The notes under the pieces: generated by a model | What the model was told of the DNA's origin: nothing | What the model saw: only the letters and a program-made list of their open reading frames with translations | The model's database searches: none | Source: Vicinamibacterales bacterium | GTDB taxonomy: Bacteria > Acidobacteriota > Vicinamibacteria > Vicinamibacterales > 2-12-FULL-66-21 | Direction: 5' to 3' | Assembly: GCA_048594885.1 (NCBI GenBank) | Contig: JBMDXB010000112.1 | Coordinates: 150,088 to 214,087, forward strand | Length of the DNA stretch: 64,000 nt | Made by a program: the position numbers and the translations under genes | In this document: positions 59,176 to 64,000 of the stretch, piece by piece | How positions within the stretch are numbered: the first letter of the stretch is position 1 | Layout: each line of letters starts with the position of its first letter

Positions 59176-60083
59176 TCATCGAGACCCACGGACTGCGGAA
59201 GCAGTTCGGTCGCACCGTCGCGGTATCGGATCTCTCCCTCCAGGTCGCGGAGGGAGAGATCTTCGGATTCCTCGGGCCGAACGGCGCCGGTAAGACGACG
59301 TCGATCAAGATGCTGCTGGCGCTCGTCGAGCCGACGTCCGGCACGGGCCGCGTGCTGGGCGCCCCGATCGGCGACCGCGCAGCTCGCGCGCGCATCGGCT
59401 TTCTTCCGGAACACTTCCGCTTTCACGACACGCTCACGGCGATCGAGCTGCTGCGCTTCCATGGCCGCCTGTACGGACTGCGCGGCGTATCGCTCGACGC
59501 GCGCGTCGATCGGCTGCTGACACGCGTCGATCTCGTCGACGCCGCCGATCGTCCGCTGCGCGGCTACAGCAAGGGCATGCTGCAGCGTGTGGGCCTGGCG
59601 CAGGCGCTGCTGAACGAGCCGCGGCTCGTCTTCCTCGACGAGCCGACGTCCGGCCTCGATCCGCTCGGCAGGCTGCTGGTGCGCGACATCATCGCCGAGC
59701 TGCGTGCCGACGGCGTCACGGTCTTTCTCAACTCGCACCTGCTCGGCGAAGTCGAGGCGACGTGCGACCGGGTGGCGTTCGTCAAGCGCGGCCGCGTGGT
59801 CGAGGAGCGCCGTCTTGCCGCGCCGACCGACGTGCTCGACGTGGAGCTGCGCACCGGCCCCGTCACGGCCGCGATTCTCGACGGCCTGTCGCGGTTCGGC
59901 ACGAACGTCGTCCAGCCGCGGTCCGGCCTGATCGCGCTGCGCGTGGCGAGCGAGGCGGCCGTTCCCGCGCTCGTCTCGTGGCTGGTGCAGCAGGGCGTGC
60001 AGATTCACGCGGTTCAGCCGTTCCGCAAATCCCTCGAGGATGTCTTCCTGGACGTGATGGGCGACGACGAGAGACCGGGCTAG
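59172..60083 (+). CDS. ABC transporter ATP-binding protein (ABC-2 type)
   Basis: Walker A GPNGAGKTTSIKML, signature YSKGMLQRVGLAQAL, Walker B LVFLDEPTSGLD, H-loop NSHLL. Confidence 0.9.
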   Translation: MIIETHGLRKQFGRTVAVSDLSLQVAEGEIFGFLGPNGAGKTTSIKMLLALVEPTSGTGRVLGAPIGDRAARARIGFLPEHFRFHDTLTAIELLRFHGRLYGLRGVSLDARVDRLLTRVDLVDAADRPLRGYSKGMLQRVGLAQALLNEPRLVFLDEPTSGLDPLGRLLVRDIIAELRADGVTVFLNSHLLGEVEATCDRVAFVKRGRVVEERRLAAPTDVLDVELRTGPVTAAILDGLSRFGTNVVQPRSGLIALRVASEAAVPALVSWLVQQGVQIHAVQPFRKSLEDVFLDVMGDDERPG

Positions 60084-60087
60084 GAGT

Positions 60088-60192
60088 CAAAGACCAAGGG
60101 CCAAGGGACCAAAGACCAAGGAACCAAAGACCAAGGACCAACGACCAAGGACCAAGGACCAAGGACCAGGGGCCAGGGACCAGGGACCAGGA
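60088..60192. repeat. Tandem array of ~14 heptamers CCAAGGA (variants CCAAAGA, CCAGGGA)
   Basis: ccaaggg ccaaggga ccaaaga ccaaggaa ccaaaga ccaagga ccaacga ccaagga ccaagga ccaagga ccagggg ccaggga ccaggga ccagga. It fills the whole 121-nt gap between the ABC ATPase and permease genes. Confidence 0.9.
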
Positions 60193-60204
60193 TCTGGATA
60201 AGCG

Positions 60205-61038
60205 ATGCGGGATGTCATCACGGTAGCGCACCTGACACTCGTCGAGGCACGGCGGCGGCGCATCGTGCTCGCCGGGGCGGTGTGCGCGCTGGCGTTCCTC
60301 GCGGTCTTCTCCGTCGCGGTCGTCTTCGCGCACCGGGAGATGACGAGCGACGGGAGCGTGTCCTTCATCGAGCGGCAAGGCACGCTGACGGCGATCATGC
60401 TCGTCGGCTTCATGGCGGCGAACTTTCTCTCGGTGATCTTCGCGATCCTGCTGCCCGTCGATACGCTGTCGGGCGAGATCGACTCCGGCGTGGTGCAGAC
60501 GCTCGCGTCCAAGCCGATCGATCGCGCGCAGATCGTGCTGGGCAAGTGGGCCGGCCATCTCGTTCTCGCGCTCGCGTATCTGCTGCTGCTGTCCGCGGGC
60601 ATCCTGTTCGTGATCCGCGTGGTCGGCGGTCTCGCGCCGGCTGGCGTGTCGCGCGCGGTGCCGCTACTGATGCTGGAGATCGCGCTGTCGCTGACCGTGG
60701 CCGTCGCCGGCGGGGCGCGGTTCAGCACCGTGACCAACGCCATCGTCGCGGTCGGCTTCTATGGCGTGGCGTTCATCGGCGGCTTCGTCGAGCAGATCGG
60801 CGGATTTGCCGGCATCCGCTCGATGAGGACGATCGGCATCCTCGTGAGTCTCGTCAGCCCGGCCGATTCGATGTGGCGCCTGGCGGCGCACTACATGGAA
60901 CCGGAGATCCTGCGCAGCACGGGGGCGCTGGCGCTCGGCGCGTCGGTGCCGTCGCCGCTGATGGTGCTCTGGGCGGCGGGGTTCACGGCGGTGACGCTGC
61001 TCTACGCCATCCGCGCCTTCCGCCGCCGCGCGTTGTAG
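60205..61038 (+). CDS. ABC-2-type transporter permease
   Basis: Six hydrophobic segments. It is positioned after the ATPase. No soluble domains. Confidence 0.65.
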   Translation: MRDVITVAHLTLVEARRRRIVLAGAVCALAFLAVFSVAVVFAHREMTSDGSVSFIERQGTLTAIMLVGFMAANFLSVIFAILLPVDTLSGEIDSGVVQTLASKPIDRAQIVLGKWAGHLVLALAYLLLLSAGILFVIRVVGGLAPAGVSRAVPLLMLEIALSLTVAVAGGARFSTVTNAIVAVGFYGVAFIGGFVEQIGGFAGIRSMRTIGILVSLVSPADSMWRLAAHYMEPEILRSTGALALGASVPSPLMVLWAAGFTAVTLLYAIRAFRRRAL

Positions 61039-61077
61039 GCATTGAAGCAAATTACTTTCTATTGTAAAGTCAAACAT

Positions 61078-62727
61078 ATGAGAATGACACTCCTGGCCGT
61101 TACCGTGACGACTCTGCTCACCGCACCCGCTCACGCGCAGGACCGGACCGCTGACATCGACAAGATCTTCGGCTGGGTCACGCCAGGCTCGCCGGGATGC
61201 GCCGTCGCCGCGATGCATCACGGCAAGCACGTCGTAAATCGCGTCTACGGCGCCGCCGATCTCGAACGCAAAGTGCCGATCACGCCGGACACGCTCTTCG
61301 ATGCCGGATCGGTCGTCAAGCAATTCGTCGCCGCATCCGTCCTCCTCCTCGCCCACGACGGGCGATTGTCGTTGACGGACGACATCCGCAAGTACTTGCC
61401 CGAGCTGCCCGATTACGGCCGGACGATCACCGTGGACCACCTGCTCACGCACACGAGCGGCGTTCGAGACTGGACCGGCATCCTGCCGTTCGCCGCCGGC
61501 GATGCCGATGCATTGACGGTGACGCTGCGTCAAAGTGCCCTGAACTTCGCGCCCGGCGAGGAATGGGCCTACTCCAACGGTGGCTACGTGCTGCTGCGGG
61601 AAATCGTCACCCGCGTGAGCAAGATGTCGTTCGGCGATTTCACCCGCACACGCCTGTTCGAGCCGCTCGGCATGAAGTCGACGAGCTACCGCCTCGACAT
61701 GTCAGAGGCCGGCACGAACGTCGCCCTCGCCTACGAGAAGCGAGGCGACCGCTGGATGCCGGACATGGTGCTCGGGAACGCGCGCGGCGGCGGTGGGCTG
61801 TTCACCACGGCTTCGGACCTGGCTGCGTGGATCGACGCGCTGATGGCGGGCCGTCTCGGCAAGTTCGTGACGCAGAAAATCCAGGAGCCGGCGACCTTGA
61901 GCAACGGGCGCACGCTCGATTACGCGCGCGGTCTGATCAACGGCGGCCGCGGCGTCAGGATCGTGTGGCACAGCGGGAGCGCCGCCGCCTACAAGACGAT
62001 CGTCGGCCACTTTCCGGACCACGCCTTCTCCATTGCGGTCATGTGCAACGCCGGCGAAGCCGCGGATGCCAGGGACGAATTCGCCGGTCGCATCTTCGAT
62101 CTGTTCGTGCCAGGCGTGCGGCGAAAAGCCGAGGCCTCGGAGGCGCTCGCCGGCGCACAGAGCACCGTCATCGAGGGGCTGGACGTGAACAGCAAGGCGG
62201 GACTGTTCTTCAACGAGCAGAACGGCCAGCCGCTGCGCCTGGCCGTGCAGAACGGCATGCTGCGCGTCGCCGGCGGTCCACCGCTCCGGGCCCTGACCAG
62301 GGATCGTTTCCAGCGGGTGGGCAACAGCTCGCAGTTCATGTCCGGCGACGCGTTCGAGCTGAACGTCGCCTCGCAGGACCTGTTGGAGATGAAGTCCATG
62401 GAAGGCAAAGTGACGCGGTATCGACGCGCGCAGCCGTACGCGCCCACCGCAACCGAGCTGCAGGCCTTCGCCGGACGCTACGAAAGCAAGGACGTCGGAT
62501 CGGTCTTTCAGATCGCGGCGGGTCAGAACGCGGTGACGCTGATCCTCGAACATCTTCCGGTCAGGCGAGTGGACCTGAGCGCGGTAGACCGCGACACCTT
62601 CCAGCGAGGCGGGATGACGGTGCGCTTCCATCGCGACACGTCCGGGAAAGTCGTGGCGTTCGACTGGAGTACGCCCGTCAACCGCAACATCAGGTTCACC
62701 CGGCTGAGCGGCGGCGCTTCTGATTGA
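61078..62727 (+). CDS. Secreted serine hydrolase (beta-lactamase/transpeptidase-like fold) with a C-terminal extra domain
   Basis: Signal MRMTLLAVTVTTLLTAPAHA, SxxK (FDAGSVVKQF), YxN (AYSNGGY), and an HSG triad-like WHSGSAAAY. Confidence 0.8.
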   Translation: MRMTLLAVTVTTLLTAPAHAQDRTADIDKIFGWVTPGSPGCAVAAMHHGKHVVNRVYGAADLERKVPITPDTLFDAGSVVKQFVAASVLLLAHDGRLSLTDDIRKYLPELPDYGRTITVDHLLTHTSGVRDWTGILPFAAGDADALTVTLRQSALNFAPGEEWAYSNGGYVLLREIVTRVSKMSFGDFTRTRLFEPLGMKSTSYRLDMSEAGTNVALAYEKRGDRWMPDMVLGNARGGGGLFTTASDLAAWIDALMAGRLGKFVTQKIQEPATLSNGRTLDYARGLINGGRGVRIVWHSGSAAAYKTIVGHFPDHAFSIAVMCNAGEAADARDEFAGRIFDLFVPGVRRKAEASEALAGAQSTVIEGLDVNSKAGLFFNEQNGQPLRLAVQNGMLRVAGGPPLRALTRDRFQRVGNSSQFMSGDAFELNVASQDLLEMKSMEGKVTRYRRAQPYAPTATELQAFAGRYESKDVGSVFQIAAGQNAVTLILEHLPVRRVDLSAVDRDTFQRGGMTVRFHRDTSGKVVAFDWSTPVNRNIRFTRLSGGASD

Positions 62728-63929
62728 TGGCAAAGACTCGAATCCCGATCTGGCTGGCGTTGCCGATACTAGGCGTGGGCGCACTGATCACGTTCATCCT
62801 CGGCCTGTTCGCGTACATGAGCGTCACGGCGAGGCCGCTACACCCGGACGCGAACGCCGTATCGTCGGTGGCGCGGTCGGACCCGCCGCCGAAATGGGCT
62901 GGCGCCGTCGAGCAGGCACGGCAGATCGCGCGCGGGGATCTCGTCGAGCAGAATCTGCCGGGACTTTCCGTCGCCGTCGGGGTCGGCGGCGACGTCGTCT
63001 GGGCCGAAGGCTTTGGCTGGGCGGATCTCGAGAAGAAGACGCCCGTCACGCCAGACACGCGGTTCCGGACGGGAGAAGTATCGAAGGCGCTCACGTCGGC
63101 CGCCGTCGGACTGCTGCTGGAAGAGAACGCGCTGAAGCTCGACGACGAAATTCAAACGTACGTGCCGGAGTTCCCGAAGAAACAGTGGCCGGTGACGCTG
63201 CGTCAGTTGATGGCGCACGTGGCTGGCATCAGAGACGATGCGGGCGACGAGGCGTGGCTGAAGCCGTGCGACCAGACGGCGGATGGCCTGAAGCTCTTTG
63301 CCGATGAGGCGCTCCTCTTCGAGCCGGGCACCCGGTATCACCCTTCGAGCTTTGCCTGGATTCCGGTGAGCGCCGCGATCGAAGCCGCCGCTCCCGGCCA
63401 GTCGTTCTTCACGTTCATGCGCGCGCGAATCTTCGAACCGCTCAACATGCGCAGCACGAGACCCGATTCGGTGAGGGAGGCAATCGACGATCGCGCGACC
63501 TTCTACTTTCCGAGATTCTCCGGCGATCCGCGCTACGGGCCGGATCCGGCGCGCGAAGGAGATCATTCCTGCTACGCCGGCGGCGGCGCGTTCCTGTCCA
63601 CGCCGTCCGACCTGGTGCGGTTCGGGATGGCATTCAACAGCGGCAAACTGGTGCAGCCCGCGACGGTCCAACTGCTTCAAACCGAACAGCAGCTGAAATC
63701 AGGCGAGAAAACCGGCTACGGCCTTGGCTGGAAGCTCGAGAGGTTGACGCTCGCCGGCGAACCGGCGCGCATGGCGGGTCACGGCACCAAGGAAGATTTC
63801 ATCGGCGGCACGGCATATCTCATGACGTTTCCCGAGCGCGCGATCGCCATCGCCGTGACGACGAACATCTCGTTCGCGGATGCCAAGACCGTTGCAGTGA
63901 AGATCGCGGAGGAGTTCGCGCAACGGTGA
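62727..63929 (+). CDS. Membrane-anchored serine hydrolase (beta-lactamase/transpeptidase-like fold)
   Basis: The ATG overlaps the previous stop (TGATG). N-terminal TM (IWLALPILGVGALITFILGLFAYM), SxxK (RTGEVSKALTSA), and a later HGT/KTG-like block (MAGHGTKEDFIGG). Confidence 0.75.
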   Translation: MAKTRIPIWLALPILGVGALITFILGLFAYMSVTARPLHPDANAVSSVARSDPPPKWAGAVEQARQIARGDLVEQNLPGLSVAVGVGGDVVWAEGFGWADLEKKTPVTPDTRFRTGEVSKALTSAAVGLLLEENALKLDDEIQTYVPEFPKKQWPVTLRQLMAHVAGIRDDAGDEAWLKPCDQTADGLKLFADEALLFEPGTRYHPSSFAWIPVSAAIEAAAPGQSFFTFMRARIFEPLNMRSTRPDSVREAIDDRATFYFPRFSGDPRYGPDPAREGDHSCYAGGGAFLSTPSDLVRFGMAFNSGKLVQPATVQLLQTEQQLKSGEKTGYGLGWKLERLTLAGEPARMAGHGTKEDFIGGTAYLMTFPERAIAIAVTTNISFADAKTVAVKIAEEFAQR

Positions 63930-64000
63930 TCTGGTCGCGATTCTCAGTCAACCCCGCTTGTGCGTGTGCGGAGTGGTGCGTTCGTGATCGCTGATCCTGA

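Noticed and set aside
60088-60192. The heptamer and octamer arrays (also 37060, 53749, 44118) considered as possible CRISPR arrays.
   Set aside because: The units are 6-9 nt and directly tandem, with no 25-40-nt spacers and no 20-40-nt repeats. No cas genes are present in the window.

Overview
Very GC-rich bacterial chromosomal window (composition not computed). The gene content points to Acidobacteriota: two ADOP-type MacB/FtsX permeases (one with its PadR partner), a DUF1501 plus DUF1549/DUF1553 pair, and a sigma-54 activator. About 55 protein genes are supportable from the translations; I rejected many long Arg/Pro-rich shadow ORFs on the opposite strand or in other frames. RNA genes are tRNA-Asn(GTT) at 36879-36953 (-) and a small SRP RNA (ffs) at 45481-45603 (-), the latter upstream of a conserved ffs-dnaX-ybaB-recR block. 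The main accessory region is a decayed ~7.2 kb island at tRNA-Asn. It is bounded by an exact 45-bp direct repeat of the tRNA 3' half. It carries a DUF1778/GNAT (TacAT-like) toxin-antitoxin pair, a stand-alone ERCC4/XPF-type nuclease with two small unknown ORFs, an M23-like peptidase, an arginase-family gene, a methyltransferase, and only the C-terminal stump of a large serine recombinase. Other observations worth a second look: (1) dnaX changes frame inside a G8-T-G30-C-G15 homopolymer tract; (2) tandem 7-8 nt repeat arrays recur in intergenic regions and in two coding low-complexity linkers, and one palindromic array leaves ctaA with no in-frame stop before the next gene; (3) a dispersed ~40-75 bp repeat looks like the 3' end of a lost gene (...LDDFRNWLIREAA-stop); (4) a 36-bp duplication of the ybaB 3' end sits in front of recR; (5) a sigma-54 activator lies divergent from a near-consensus -24/-12 promoter in front of an OMP gene; (6) a PLP-decarboxylase is translationally coupled to a small Imm-5-like helical protein; (7) a flippase-like / nucleotidyltransferase / CDP-alcohol phosphatidyltransferase cluster includes an unusual three-domain fusion. 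Several genes are frameshifted or are fragments (FMO, M28 peptidase, OMP 5' fragment). Every functional call is motif recognition by eye. No database search, structure prediction or statistics were run.
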